A stretch of DNA of 64,000 nucleotides. Origin: the human T2T-CHM13v2.0 reference genome, Homo sapiens. The notes under the pieces were generated by a model. That model was given only the letters and a program-made list of their open reading frames with translations. It was not told the origin of the DNA and searched no databases. The DNA lies in assembly GCF_009914755.1 (NCBI RefSeq), contig NC_060945.1. One strand, 5' to 3'. The stretch's first letter is position 1; each line of letters opens with the position of its first letter. The position numbers and the translations under genes are program-made. Below are positions 38,771 to 53,097 of this stretch, piece by piece.

Positions 38771-39485
38771 TGTTACCAGTGGAGGGTGTCCAGGTTCTTG
38801 GCGTTTTGAACAATGAATTGGATGAAGCACACAAAGCAAGGAAAGAATGGAGTGACAAAAGCAGAGACTTATTGCAAATGAAAGTACACTCCACATGGTG
38901 GGAGCCGCTGGAGAATAACGGCTCAAGACCCCTTACAGAATTCTCAGGGGTTTTGATACCCTCTAGAGACTTCCCATTGGTTACTTGGTGTCCATCCTAT
39001 GTAAATGAAGTAGTGGCCTGCAAACATTCTGATTGGTTGTGGAAAGCAACCAATCAGAGGCTGAAGTGAAGTTACAAAGATTACGCCCTATGCAAGTGTA
39101 TGATTGGTTGCGGAAAGCAACCAGTCAGAGGCTAAAGTGAAATTACAAAGTTACGCTTCTATGCAAACAAAGACTTGGCCTGCAATCAGTCTGATTGGTT
39201 GCCAATCAGAGGCTGAAGTGAAGTTACAAAGTTACACTCCTATGCAAACGTCTGATTGGTTGCAGGAAGCAACCAAGCAGAGATACCTTCAATTTTCCAT
39301 CTGCCACACCCAAAAGGGGTGGGGGTGGGGGTGGGGGTGGGGGTGGGGGGATTTGCAAAGGCAGCCTCCAGTTCTTTTGTTACTTAGGTGTGGAAAGTTG
39401 GGGTTTTCCTTCTGATTTAGTTCTAGGAAGTCAGCATGAATTGGCCTTTAGGTTCCCTGCTTCCAGACCCTATTCTCCTGTCTCA
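38771..39485 (-). mobile_element. MER51-family ERV1 solo LTR, inserted into an antisense Alu monomer (38755-38770 + 39486-39630)
   Basis: Reverse complement starts tgagacaggagaatagggtctggaagcagggaacctaaaggccaattcatgctgacttcctagaac; tandem CCAAT units. Confidence 0.85.
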
Positions 39486-39639
39486 CCGGGGTCTTGCTCC
39501 GTGGCCCTGGCTGGAGTGCAGTGGCAAAATCATAGCTTGCTGCAGCCTCGAACTCCTGGGCTCAAAGCGATTCTCCCGCCTCAGGCTTCCAAGTCACTGG
39601 GACTACAGGCGTGTGCCACCGCACCCAGCTCTGCTGATT

Positions 39640-40500
39640 GCTTATTTAAGTAAAAGTTAAACTCTATTGAAATCATTAGAAAGACCAAGGTTCTCAGCAG
39701 AGAAGTAGAAAATATATTTTTTAAAGAAACTCAGAATTTAAAAATAATAATATCAGGAACTTTTTAATTCCCTGACTAGCCTCAAAAGCAGAATGGAGTT
39801 GTCAGAGGAAAGATTCAGCGAACCTGAAGGGAAGTCAGTAGAAATGATCCAATGTGAAGAACAGAAAATATTAAAACTAAACTAAACTGAGCCCCAGACA
39901 CCTGTGGGGGAAAAACAAAAGGTCTAATTTTCATGTCATTTTGGAGTCCCAGAAAGATTGGTAAAGAAAAACTGTTTGAAGAAATAAAGACTCAAAAAAA
40001 ATCACAAATTTAGTGAAAAGAGATCAATGTATAGATTCAAGAAGTTCAGCAAACCCCAAAGAAGATAAACTCAAAACCACAATCAGGAACGTGATAATCA
40101 AAGATAAAGAAAAAAGTCTTGCAGTCAGCCAGAGGAGAACAGTACCTCACCTTCAGGGGAAGCAGTTCGAGCCACTGCACACTCCTCATCAGAAACCGTG
40201 CAGGCCAGGAGGCAGAAATGACCCTGTGAAAGCGCCGAAGGCAATTCAGTTCAGAATTTAATATCTAGTGAAAATGCTCTTCAGGAAAGGCAGTGAAAAG
40301 ACATTCTCAGACGAAAGAAAATAAAGAGAATTTATAGCCAGCAGGCTATGTTTTAAGAAATGATAAGGAAGTTCTTGAGGCAGAAGGGTATACGATAACC
40401 AGACAAGGAAGTGAAGAACCCCAGAATGGTTAAAATTAACTAAATATAGAAAACATTTGTTCCAGATTTTTAATCATCTGAAAGATAATTAACTGTTTAA
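39640..40500 (+). mobile_element. Old L1 ORF1 fragment
   Basis: agcagaatggagttgtcagaggaaagattcagcgaacctgaag...tagattcaagaagttcagcaaacccc. Confidence 0.65.
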
Positions 40501-40606
40501 AACAGGAACCAACAAACTTTTTCTGCAAAAGAACAGACAGTAAATATTTTATGCTTTCCTAGCCAAAGGCTGGGAGAGTCCTCAACTCTTTAAACAATTC
40601 TCATCA

Positions 40607-40740
<134 letters not shown>

Positions 40741-40744
40741 TAAT

Positions 40745-41045
40745 ATTATTTTATTTTATTTTTTGAGATGGAGGATTGCTGTGTCGCCCAGGCTGGAGTG
40801 CAGTGGTGCAATCTCAGCTCGCTGTAACCTCTGCCTCCTGGGTTCAAGCAATCCTCCTGCCTCAGCCTCCTGAGTAGCTGGGCAGCACAGGTGTGCGGCA
40901 CCATGCCTGGCTAATTTTTGTATTTTTAGTAGAGACGGGGTTTCACCATATTGGCCAGGCTGGTCTTGAACTCCTGACCTCATGATCCGCCCGCCTCAGC
41001 CTCCCAAAGTGCTGGGATTACAGGCATAAGCCACCGTGCCCGGCC
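40745..41045 (-). mobile_element. AluS (antisense)
   Basis: TSD agaaataatat(t/a)attt. Confidence 0.92.
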
Positions 41046-41083
41046 TAGAAATAATATAATTTTAAAAAAGAAAGGCAAAGTCC

Positions 41084-42351
<1,268 letters not shown>

Positions 42352-42594
42352 CCTTTTGACATTTTACATTTAAAGTGTTTAAAATGTAAAAACCAAATAA
42401 ATAAATAAATAAAATAAAATAAAATGTAAAAACCATTCTTAGCTCGTAGGTAGACTGCACTTCATCCATGGGCCATCGTTTGCCAACCCTTGGTCTAAAA
42501 CAGACAGTTGCCATATAGTTGGTTTACAGCATTTGTAAACGTCAATCATAACTCAGCATTGTTATGGTGATGACGTCGTCATTGGTTATGACAT

Positions 42595-42935
42595 CATCTA
42601 TAGATTCAACATAACCCCAACCAAAATCTCAGCAGGACTTTTTGTAGAAATCAACACTCTGATTCTAAAAGTTCTAGGGAAAGGCAAAGGAACTAGAAAA
42701 GTTCAGGGAAATTTAAGGAACTAGAATAGCCAAACAGTTTTGCAAAGAACAGAATCAGAGAACTCACCATACCTGACTTGAAGTCTTAATATAAAGTCAC
42801 AGTCATCAAATGTGAAGTGACAGGCACACAGATCACTATCCCTGAACACACTGACAGATCAGAGGTGGACACACACACAAATGGCCCGTTGATTTTTCAC
42901 ACAGGTGCAGCGACAATGCACTGGACAGAAGACAT
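42595..42935 (+). mobile_element. Old L1 ORF2 3' fragment
   Basis: tagattcaacataaccccaaccaaaatctcagcaggactttttgtagaaatc...ctgattctaaaa. Confidence 0.7.
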
Positions 42936-43121
42936 CTTTCTGTGCACAGAGAGACCTCCACGCCGACCTCAGTGGGGAGAATATGCCTTTCCGTGCACGG
43001 AGAGACCTCCACGCCAACACTGGTGAAGGAAATATGCCTTTCCGTGCACGGAGAGACCTCCACACTGACACTGGTGGAGAGAAGACGCCTTTCTGTACAT
43101 AGACAGACCTCCACACTGACA
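42936..43121. repeat. 51-bp tandem repeat x~3.6
   Basis: ctttc(t/c)gtgcac(a/g)gagagacctccac units at 42936, 42987, 43038, 43089. Confidence 0.9.
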
Positions 43122-44677
43122 TCAGGCCCGGTCCCTGATGACGAAAGGCCCATTTTCCTCACGATGCGCCCACCACCTCCCACTGCTTCCTGACCCCAAA
43201 CAAGGTCACATCCCAACACGGAATGCTGCAGGGTTGCAAGCCCTCACCAACGTGTTCAGGCCAGGGTTGGAGAAATATATAGCGTACCAAGCCTGGCAGG
43301 TGAAATAAGGCTGGATTGGGCCGGGGGCACTGACCTAGGACATAGGGATTACTGTGTTGCATGAGGTACTTGGAAATGAGTTCCTCATCTGGCTGATAGA
43401 CTCTCGGGCTGCACTGTGGCCAATTAGCTTGACACGATGGCCTTCCTGGCGTCCTCCGTGTGTGGCCCCTGCACCAGCGGCATCTACGTCACTCAGGGAC
43501 TGGTCCCAAAGGTGGATTCTTGGGCCCCTTCCCAGGCTTGCCAAATCAGAGCCTTGGGGACCTGTGTCCTGGCGAGCCCTCCAGAGGGTTCCCATGCTGT
43601 GAGTGTGAGATGCGAGTTATGTGTGAATTCTTTAGGAATCCTGCTGACACGCAGCCTCTGACCCAGCAGGTCCTCGGTGGGGATGGACACTAGGTACTCC
43701 AGGTGCTCCAGGTGCTGCCAGTGCTGCTGCTGGAGGGGGTGCCTGCGAGGAGCCTCTGGAGCAGGGTTCTCAGCTTTGGCTAGACATTGGATTCACCTGG
43801 AGAGTAAAAAGAAACACTCGTGCCAGGCCCGCGAGGTCCATGCGTTGGTGCAGGGTCTGGCAGTGCAGGTATAAACACTCCTCGGTGATTCCATCGTGTA
43901 GCCAAGGCGGAGTCGCTGCCACAGAGGGTGAAGCGGAACGCTCACGGAGATAGGCGCTGGGTGGTTTGTGTGCAGCCTGCCTGCTCTCTCCCGGCCACAT
44001 CCGGACACTCCCTGAACCAGGTCATTAAGGCGTGGGAAGGCTCACAGTTCCCTGGTGAGATTTCTGAGGCCCAAGACGTTGCAAGGGAGACGGGCTCCCA
44101 GATCTCAGGGGCGACGACAAGAACCCGGCGTGCTGGATGCCAGGTGTCAGCACTGAACGTGAGAGACAGTGGGAGTGGGCATCGCTGTAAGCCACGGAGG
44201 GAGAGGAACTCAGAGCTGCCTGAGCCACAGCGATGGTCGTGGTGGTGAATCCATCACAAGGAGACAGAGGCAAAGCTACCAAGCTATTGCCTGACATCTA
44301 CAGGCAGGAAAACTCTAGGTCTGTTGGTCAAAACCCAACTGGAATCACCACAGTGGGGCCTCCTGAGCATCTTCCCGAGGTGCCTGGGACTTTGAAGGGG
44401 GAGCCTCCCATGGGTGTGGGCCACAGATCAGCCCCTGCTCCTTCCAAGGCCCCCTGGCCATTTTCAAGGGTCACGGAGTTCCAGGGAAGGACAGCACCCT
44501 CCAGGGTTATTAGGTGCTGGTTCTGCAGGGCCTGGCCAGCCAGCAAGGTCCCTGGCTGGAGTAGGGTCTCCCCGCAGTCGACCATACAGTGGGCCCAGCA
44601 GGAACACACACATTTAGCAACTGGCGGAGTCTCCTCTCTTCACTGTCGTTGCAGAAAGGGCCGAGTGAGACCACGTG

Positions 44678-45300
44678 CACCTGCAGCCCCCACCCCTCCC
44701 CAACCTTACCCCACCCCTGCAGCCCCCACCCCACCCCACCCCTGCAGCCCCCACCCCACCCCGTCCCCACCCCACCCCACCCCACCCGTGCAGCCCCCAC
44801 CACACCCCTGACCCCACCCCACCCCTGCAGCCCCCACCCCACCCCATCCCCACCCTACCCCTGCAGCCCCCACCCCACCCCACCCCTGCAGCCCCCACCC
44901 CACCCCGTCCCCACCCCACCCCACCCCACCCCTGCAGCCCCCACCACACCCCTGACCCCACCCCACCCCTGCAGCCCCCACCCCACCCCATCCCCACCCC
45001 ACCCCACCTCTGCAGCCCCCACCCCACCCCTGTCCCCACCCCACCCCACCCCTGCAGCCCCCACCCCACCCCTGTCCCCACCCCACCCCACCTCTGCAGC
45101 CCCCACCCCACCCCTGTCCCCACCCCACCCCACCTCTGCAGCCCCCACCCCACCCCTGTCCCCACCCCACCCCACCTCTGCAGCCCCCACCCCACCCCTG
45201 TCCCCACCCCACCCCACCCCTGCAGCCCCCACCCCACCCCATCCCCACCCCACCCCACCCCTGCAGCCCCCACCCCACCCCTGTCCCCACCCCTGTCCCA
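44678..45300. repeat. C-rich (CCCCA-based) minisatellite, ~620 bp
   Basis: Iterated ccccaccccacccctgcagc / ccccaccccacccctgtc. Confidence 0.95.
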
Positions 45301-45386
45301 GAGAGAGGGAACTAGAGACACTACCAGAGCCTGGGAACTGTGGAGGTCAAGGTGCCAGTCAAGGCTTGCATGACACGCAGTGCCCG

Positions 45387-45740
45387 TGTTGTGAGCAGAA
45401 TCGTGTCTCCCTAAATTCCAGTGTTGAGATCCAAACCCCTGGGACCTCAGTGGGACTGTGTTTGGAGACAGGCTCCCTACAGAGATGATTATGTTAAAGT
45501 AGGTCACTAGGCTGGTCCCTGGCCCCATCTGACTGAAGTCCTTGTAAGAGCAGATGAGGACACAGACCACGTGAGGACCGGGGGAGGAGATGCCGTCTGC
45601 ACGCCCAGGAGAGAGGCCTCAGGAGGAACCGGCCCTGCCGCTCCAGGACCTCAGACATGCAGTTTTCAGGGCTGAGAGGGAGCCAGTGTCTGTGTGAGCC
45701 ACCTGGCTGTGGCGTCTGTCCTGGCAGCTGCAGCACACAC
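45387..45740 (+). mobile_element. MLT1 LTR
   Basis: tgttgtgagcagaatcgtgtctccctaaattcc...gagaggcctcaggaggaaccggccctgcc. Confidence 0.75.
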
Positions 45741-45873
45741 ACCCCACGGTCCACGAACCCCCTTCACAGCTGTCGCCAGAGCCACGTGGGGCTTGGAGAA
45801 GAACTGGATTGTCACGCTCTCAGTCAGGTGGTGATGCCAGTCACGCGAGGCTCCGAGGCAGCAGGTTTCAGGG

Positions 45874-46033
45874 GCACCTCCGTGCAGTCCCCGGCACCCA
45901 GGGTGCAGCCCCCAGCACCTCCGTGTAGCCCCCGACACCCAGGGTGCAGCCCCCGGCACCTCCGTGTAGCCCCCGGCACCCAGGCAGTCCCCGGCACCTC
46001 CGTGTAGCTCCCGGCACCCAGGGTGCAGCTCCT
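45874..46033. repeat. 41-bp GC-rich tandem repeat x~4
   Basis: gcacctccgtgtagcccccggcacccagggtgcagccccc units at 45874, 45915, 45956, 45994. Confidence 0.9.
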
Positions 46034-46944
46034 GGCCCGGCCTCTGCTTTGCCGGTTGCTTCCAGTCCTAGCAGCAAAGATCGCAGAGCCTCTGTCCTCT
46101 TGGGGTGCGGGGCAGAGCACGGGCACCATCTCCTCAGGGCTGGGCCCCCGTTCTTGCCCTACGACTCTGCAGAGACAATCGTGTGACTCGCAGCTCATGA
46201 ATTAGCCTGGTAGACAGGAGGCCGGAGAAGCCCGGATGCCTGGCCTGGGTGCCCGTGTGTCCCAGGGGACAGACCCTGCCCAGCCCAGGGGCCTGCCATG
46301 CTCTCTGGACGTGTTGGGATGTCTGAGGGTGGGGCAAGAGAGAGAGAAGGAGAGGGAGAAAGGGAGAGAGGAGCGGAGAAGGAAAGAAAGGTAAAGAAGG
46401 AGAGGGTGGGGTGGAGAGAGAGAGGGGGGACAGGGCTGCTGTAGGTCCCTGTGGCCACGGCACAGGGTGGCTGTGGGCTGGGGGGCCTAAGGTTGGGGCC
46501 GGCCTATTCCTTGTGTGGGTGTGTGGCTCTGACCCAGCAGCAGGGCCATGCCTTTGCCCGTTGGAGCCCGGCTTGGAGCAGGAGCAGGTGGGGTGTAGGG
46601 CCAGGCTGCGGCACCAGTGGCCCTGGGGCCTGGGAACCTGCCTGCGGTGCAGGCGTCTGCCCTTCCTAGAGGAGGCGCTGGGTGAGACCCTCCAGGGTGT
46701 TTGGGGCCAAGCTGTGCGCACCTCTGATGCCAGCTGTTCTCGGTTTGGAAAGCGCTCACTGTGCATGTGGCGCTGGGGGCTGAGCTGCACGTTCCAGGCC
46801 CCCCCCCAGGCCCCCCGCACACATCGTGGCCCACAGCCATGAGCCTCGCAGCACCACCATAAAGGGGAATCATAAATAGGGACCAGGTCCCAGAAGGTGC
46901 ACACAGCGCGCAGGGCACCAGCGCCCGGGTACGCCCCGCCCACC

Positions 46945-47022
46945 GCTCCCAGTCTCACCCCTCCCAGACTCACCCCTCCCAGACTCACCCCTCCCAGACT
47001 CACCCCTCCCAGACTCACCCCT
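46945..47022. repeat. 15-bp tandem repeat x5
   Basis: (ccctcccagactcac)n. Confidence 0.92.
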
Positions 47023-48263
47023 GGGGCTGCTGGCCCCGCCCACCCCTCCTAGGCTCAACCCTGGGGCTGCTGGTCCCGCAGAGCTGGGCAGCTGCTGCCT
47101 CAAAGCCTGGCCAGGCAGCCGGAGCGGGCAGGGGATCCCCGGAGCAGAACTTCAGGTTGAACATGGGCTTCCACCTCACGTGGAAGGAAGACAGCTGAGG
47201 CGTGGGTGTGAACAGGCTCTTGGGCAGTGGCTGTCAGGAGCCCAAGGCCAGGGGCATGCACAGAGCAGGGCTGGAGGGTCGCTGAGCAGGGGCCTGGGGA
47301 GGCTGTGTGGCTGGGCCTCTCAGAGCCATCAGAATGTGACAAACTTCCAGCCCCACCAAAGGCCACCAGGGGCACCCACTGCAGAGGAGGCCCCTGCTCA
47401 AGTGGAAGGTGGCCTGTCCCCTAGGCCTGTCCCCAGGCCCCCCATCCGCCCTTGTCAATGGGTCCATGTACAAGGTGGGCACGGTGACTCGCGGGGGCTC
47501 TGCACCTTCACCCCCTTCCCAAGCCTGCTCCGTCTGCTCTCCCAAGGCCTGGCATGGCACTGTCGTCGGCCCTCCTGCCCGGTCACTGTGAGCTGGCCAC
47601 TCCTCTCGACTGGTGGGGTAGTGGTGGCTGCCAGCGACCACCCCCTCCCCGTGCCCCTTCAGGCCCAGCGGTGGCGAAGGCTCCCACTGTGCCATCAGGG
47701 GCTGCCATCCGTCATGCTCAACCCCGCCCACACCTCTGTAAGGAACTCCGTGATTAGATTTGCCTGTGCTTTTTGTGGTCAACAGTTTCACCTGGACTGA
47801 GCCAGGCAGTTCCTTTGCTGGCTTTGCCTGGGCTCACTGACATGGCCGTGGTCAGCTGCTGGCCCAATGAGGGCTGGACAGTCTGAGATGACCTCGGCCA
47901 CATGTCTGGTGTGTGGTGCTGGCTGCGGCTGGGCTCCCATCTCCAGCAGGAGAGCCTGGGCTTCTCCACCCAGCAGCATTCCCAGAGGGGAGAGGAGAGA
48001 CACAAGGCCTCTTGGAGCCCAGGAAAGTCCCTTCCATCACATTCTGTGTGAGCCACACACAGCCAGCCAACCAGCGTGGGAGGGGACCAAGAGACGAGAT
48101 TCCCTGACGGCCATCACGCAGCCACGGACCACAGTAATAGCATAGAGAAAAGAGACTCCGTCAGTAGATCTGACTCTGCTCCTATGAAAAGTGAATAAAA
48201 TGGAAAAGTTCACAAGTCTGAAAAAGAAAGAATGGAAAAAGCAGTAGGAACTTTAAACGGTGA

Positions 48264-48862
48264 GGCTGGGTGCAGTGGGGTCGCTACACCTGGAATCCCA
48301 GTGAGGCAGGAGGATCACCTGAGCCCAGGAGTTCAAGACCAGCCTGGGCAACATAGTGAGACCCTATCTCTACAAAAAAATTAACCAGGCGTGGTGGTGT
48401 GCACCTATAGACCCTGCTACTCAGGAGGCTGAAGCAGGAGGATTGCTTGAGCCTGGGAGTTTAAGACCACAGTGAGCTACCATCATGCCACTGCACTCAG
48501 CCTGGGTGATAGAGTAAGACCCTGCCTCTGAAAAAAAAAAAAAAAAAAAAGGATATTGGCCAGGCGCGGTGGCTCACACCTGTAATCCCAGCACTTTGGG
48601 AGGCCAAGGCAGGCGGATCACGAAGTCAGGAGTTCGAGACCATCGTGGCTAACATGGTGAAACCCTGTCTGTACTAAAAACATAAAAAAATTAGCCGGGC
48701 GTGGTGGCGGGCTCCCGTAGTCCCAGTTACTCGGGAGGCTGAGGCAGGAGAATGGCGTGAACCCAGGAGGCAGAGCTTGTAGTGAGTCGAGATTGCGCCA
48801 CTGTACTCCAGCCTGGGCGACAGAGCGAGACTCGTCTCAAAAAAAAAAAAAACAAAAAAAAA
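48264..48862 (+). mobile_element. Two tandem Alus (AluJ 48264-48550; AluY-like 48558-48862)
   Basis: Two dimers with A tails, embedded in L1 fragments. Confidence 0.9.
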
Positions 48863-49269
48863 ACTTAGACAACCTGAATAGACCAATAACCATGGAAGAA
48901 ACTGAGGCAGTATTAAAATACTCAACTCCCCTAAAAAAGACAGTGCCTCCAGATGCTTTAAAGATCTTCCACAACATAGAAAACCATGGAAACTTTCCAC
49001 TACAACTCCAGCATGACCCTGATGTCCAAACCTACAAGGACAGCACAAAAAACAGAAACATACGCCAGCCTCATGAGTACAGGGCGCAAAACCCTTAAAT
49101 AAAACGTGCGAATCAAATTCACTGATGTGCACCTGTGGTCTCAGCTACTCGGAAGGCAGAGGCAGGAGGATCACTTGAGGCCAGAAGCTCAAGACCCACC
49201 TGGTGAACCCATAGCAAAACCCACCTCTACAAATTTTAAAAGAAAAATTACCCGTGTATTAAAATAGTT

Positions 49270-49530
49270 GTTCATTCTGCCGCTTTCACTGCCCCAGCTC
49301 AGCAGACTGGCCGAAGGACGGCCGACCACCCCCTCCACCTATCGGCTCTGTCTGGGCCCTCAATAGGTTGGATGGTCCCACCTGTGCTCGGGAGAGGGTT
49401 GGCTTTCCTGGGTCCACCAAATCCAATGCTGACCTGTCAGCACCCTCACAGACACACCCAGAAACACATGTAACCAGCTATCAGGCATCCTGTGGCCCAG
49501 TCAATTGACACATAAAATTAAGCATCACTG
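49270..49530 (+). mobile_element. MLT2 (ERVL) LTR 3' fragment
   Basis: gacacacccagaaacac...gcccagtcaattgacacataaaattaagcatcac. Confidence 0.7.
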
Positions 49531-50521
49531 GGGGCTCTGCTGCACATGCCTCACGTGGTGACTTCCGGGGGTCTCCAGAAAGCAGAGCCTGGGACAAGGC
49601 CTTGGAAGTAGTTTCTTTGGGGGGTGGTCTATTGAGGTAGGAGTGTGGGGGTGGGGAGTGTGAGTCGGGCCGGGAGGAAGCATCAGGAAGCGTGAGCACA
49701 GAGCTGTGGGCTGCAGGTGGGGCCGGGGCTCATTGCTGCTGGGACCCTCAAGGAACCAGGCCCAGAGGCTGGGGCAGCCCCTCCTGTGAGGACTGAGCCC
49801 CAAGGCACACAGCCCTGGATGGTCAGGCCCGGCTGTGGGGCCCTGCCCTGGGCACAGCCATGGCCACCTCTGCTGCTGATCCAGCCACAGTTAACGAGAT
49901 TCTCTTCTCCCGGGTGGATGCCTCCCTGAATCCCGTTACCTATAGAGAAACCGGAAGCGGCAGCTCACAGCATCTCCCCAGCTGGCCACGTGCAGGGCTT
50001 CTGAGAGCTGCATGGTTCTGTGGGGTGGCTCAGGTGTCTCTGGGACAGTGTCCCCTTGCTGATAATGTCCCCACTCATTCCCAGCATTGAGATTATGGAG
50101 CAAGAGACAATGGCAGGGAGAAAGCATCCCGGGGAGCAGACCTGGGTCCACGTCTTGAGCCTCCAGCCTCCACCTGGCGACCCTCACAAGGGCGGCGTCA
50201 GCAGTGTCAGTGATGTTCTTGTTCTTGGTGCTGTCGCCTGAATTGGCCAAGCTCCGATTCCACGTGTGTAATGGTGGTGGCATTCCTCCCATACTGCTGG
50301 TCTGCAGGAGCACCTGGGGATTAAACAAGGTTGTGAGTGAGGCCCCGACATCAGCAGGCGGGCAGTAAGGGATTGCTGCCACTTCGGTTGTGCGTGGTGT
50401 TCCATCCTTAAAAGTAAAGGGCTGGGGTGAGGGGCAAGAGGGGAGATTGTGGAATCTCCACCAAATTTTCTCCTGTTCTCAGATGAACGTTTAGTTTGCA
50501 GAGGCTGTACATCATTAAACA

Positions 50522-50841
50522 CAGCCACGAGTCGCTTAGGCACAGGGATTGAGGAGTGCGGCGTTGGGTGGTTTGGTCCCTGTGCACACATCACGGAGTG
50601 CACGCACACACACCTAGGTGGGAAAGACTGTGTGCTCAGGGTGCCTGATGGAGGGGATCACTCTGGGCTGCAAACTTTACAGCATGTTACTGTGTGGGAA
50701 CTGCAGGCAACTGGAACGCAGTGGCCAGAATTTATGTATCCGGACACAGAGAAGGTACCATAAACCTACAGAATTGGAACCTTATGGAACCACCGTTGTG
50801 CATGCAGTCAGTCCACCAAAATCTTATGTGGTGTGTGACTG
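50522..50841 (-). mobile_element. Tigger3a/MER7-type MITE
   Basis: Reverse complement cagtcacacaccacataag...ggtggttccataagg...gtaccttctctgtgt resembles the Tigger3a start. Confidence 0.6.
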
Positions 50842-51230
50842 TTTACCTTTCTAGATCATTACAGACTATTTTCTGATTCATTTTTTCCACGTGATTAAAG
50901 CCCAAATTGAGGATTTCAGTGGGATTTAATGCGCTTTCCAGATCCCTTGGGAAACACAGAACATTTACCACCCGCAGCTTCCCAGGGTGCAGTACAGCTC
51001 CATCTCCCCCACACATCACGTGCAACAGACCCCAGACCTGGTTTCCTGTGTGACTAAACGTGCCCAGCCCAGCAACAGCCCCTCACCCCCGTCACGCCTT
51101 CGGTGAATTGCCAACATCGACTCCCAGAGCAACCTGCAGGCGCCGGTGTCATGGACACAGGTGGCCTGAGAAATGTGGGTGCCTTTTCCCCTCCTGAGGC
51201 TCTCCTTTAGGGTTAGGGCCCACCAGATGC

Positions 51231-51365
51231 TTTTTTTTTTTTTTTTTTTGAGAAATGGGCTCTCACTATGTTGCCCAGGCTGGTCTTGAACTCCTGGGTT
51301 CAAGTGATCCTCCCACCTTGGCCTCCCAAGGCACTAGGATTACAGGCAGGAACCGTTGTGCCAGC
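51231..51365 (-). mobile_element. Alu monomer (antisense)
   Basis: Poly(T) + gggctctcactatgttgcccaggctggtcttgaactcc. Confidence 0.85.
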
Positions 51366-52292
51366 CTGTCTTGGAAGGCAAACACTTTACTATCTCCATA
51401 CAAACCCAGAACGGGGCTGGGCAGGCAGGGCCCCACCTGCTCCTACGTTTTGGCTCTCCTTGCCCTCCATGGGCAATTTGTACCCGTGAAGGGGCTTTGC
51501 TCTTGGGGTCTGCTCTGGGGTTTCCCGGACATTTTATTGATGGCTTCATCCTAGGGCACGCGCCCTGGAAGCAGGCATGGTCCTGGGAACGTCCCATAGG
51601 TCAGCGGGCTCTTCATCATCAATCTGAACAGGTCCCTTCCCAATTCCCAATGAGGGAGTGAAGGAAAGACAGGAGCCCTCACCTCCCAGATGGAGACCAG
51701 CCCCCACAGAGACCCACTAGCCTTGTGGGGGGACCCCTCGCCACGGAGGGCCCAGCTTGGCAAGCAGTCGGCTTCAGCACTGCAGCCTGGAGGATGGCGT
51801 CTGGAAGTCGGCTCCATGTTCTCAGCCTTTGGATTTGGGACAGGTGCCACACAAGCCTTGCACAAGGGGTACAGAAGTGTTTGAGTCCCCAGATTCTCAC
51901 TCTAGGGCTTTTTAGACTCTAATAACGCCCTAATTTGGTGTTTCCTGACAGCGAGGTATGTCTGCCTGGCTCCCCGAGCCCGTTTCTGTGTCTTCTGCCC
52001 TGCAAGTGACCGTTTTCCTCAGCTCCATGGCTGTGGCCCTGGGTAGCCACCTCCACGGCGAGCCTGGGCTCCCTGGAGCTTTCTGGACCTGGCAGTGAGC
52101 TCAGGGTTGCAAGGCCCTCAGGCAGCCAAGATCTGCACCTAGGCGGCTGTGAGGCCGACACACGTCACCGCCTTCAAGCCTCTGCCTCATCCCAAGCCTC
52201 TCTGCAATTATTTACTGCGTAGTTTTTCTTTGAATGATGTCGGGTTTTTTTAAAGTAGAAAACGTCACTGCTTTAAATAACATTAATAGAGT

Positions 52293-52790
52293 GTGCTATG
52301 GACTAAACTGTGTCCCCCCCAAAACCCATGGGTTGAAGCCCCAACCCCCCAAGTGACTTAGCTGGAGATGGGGCCTTGCCGAGGGGACTGTGTCCTCAGG
52401 AGAAGAAAGAGTGAGTCTCTCTCTCTGTCTCTCTCTCCATCTCTAACTGTGTCCTCGGGAAAAGAAAGAATGAGGCTTTCTCTCTCACCTGTGTTCTCAG
52501 GAGAAGAAAGAGTGAGTCTCTCTCTCTGTCTCTCTCTCCATCTCTGTGTCCTCAGGAGAAGAGTGAGGCTTGCTTGCTCGCTTGCTCTCTCTCTTTTTCT
52601 CTCTCTCTCCCCATCACCCTCCGAAAGTGCACCCCTGGGCACACAGTGAGAAGGGCTGCGAGCCAGGGACAGAACTTCCAGAACCCTGAGCTTGGCTTCC
52701 AGCCTCCTGGGCAGCTAGAATTCAGTGTCTGTGGCTGAAGCGCCCCAGCTTGGGGTATTTTGCTAAAGCAGGCCCAGCTGATAAGACAAG
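52293..52790 (+). mobile_element. MLT1/MST-type LTR with internally amplified CT-rich units
   Basis: tgctatggactaaactgtgtcccc...cagctgataagaca; tgtgtcctcaggagaagaaagagtgag repeated ~4 times. Confidence 0.7.
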
Positions 52791-52800
52791 GAAAACCCTT

Positions 52801-53097
<297 letters not shown>

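Noticed and set aside
42936-43121. Repeat with variable segments resembling a CRISPR array
   Set aside because: The variable parts are homologous to each other; ordinary 51-bp minisatellite in human DNA with no cas genes
44589-45570. Pro-rich and Gly/Trp-rich ORFs of ~300 aa
   Set aside because: Translations of the C-rich minisatellite
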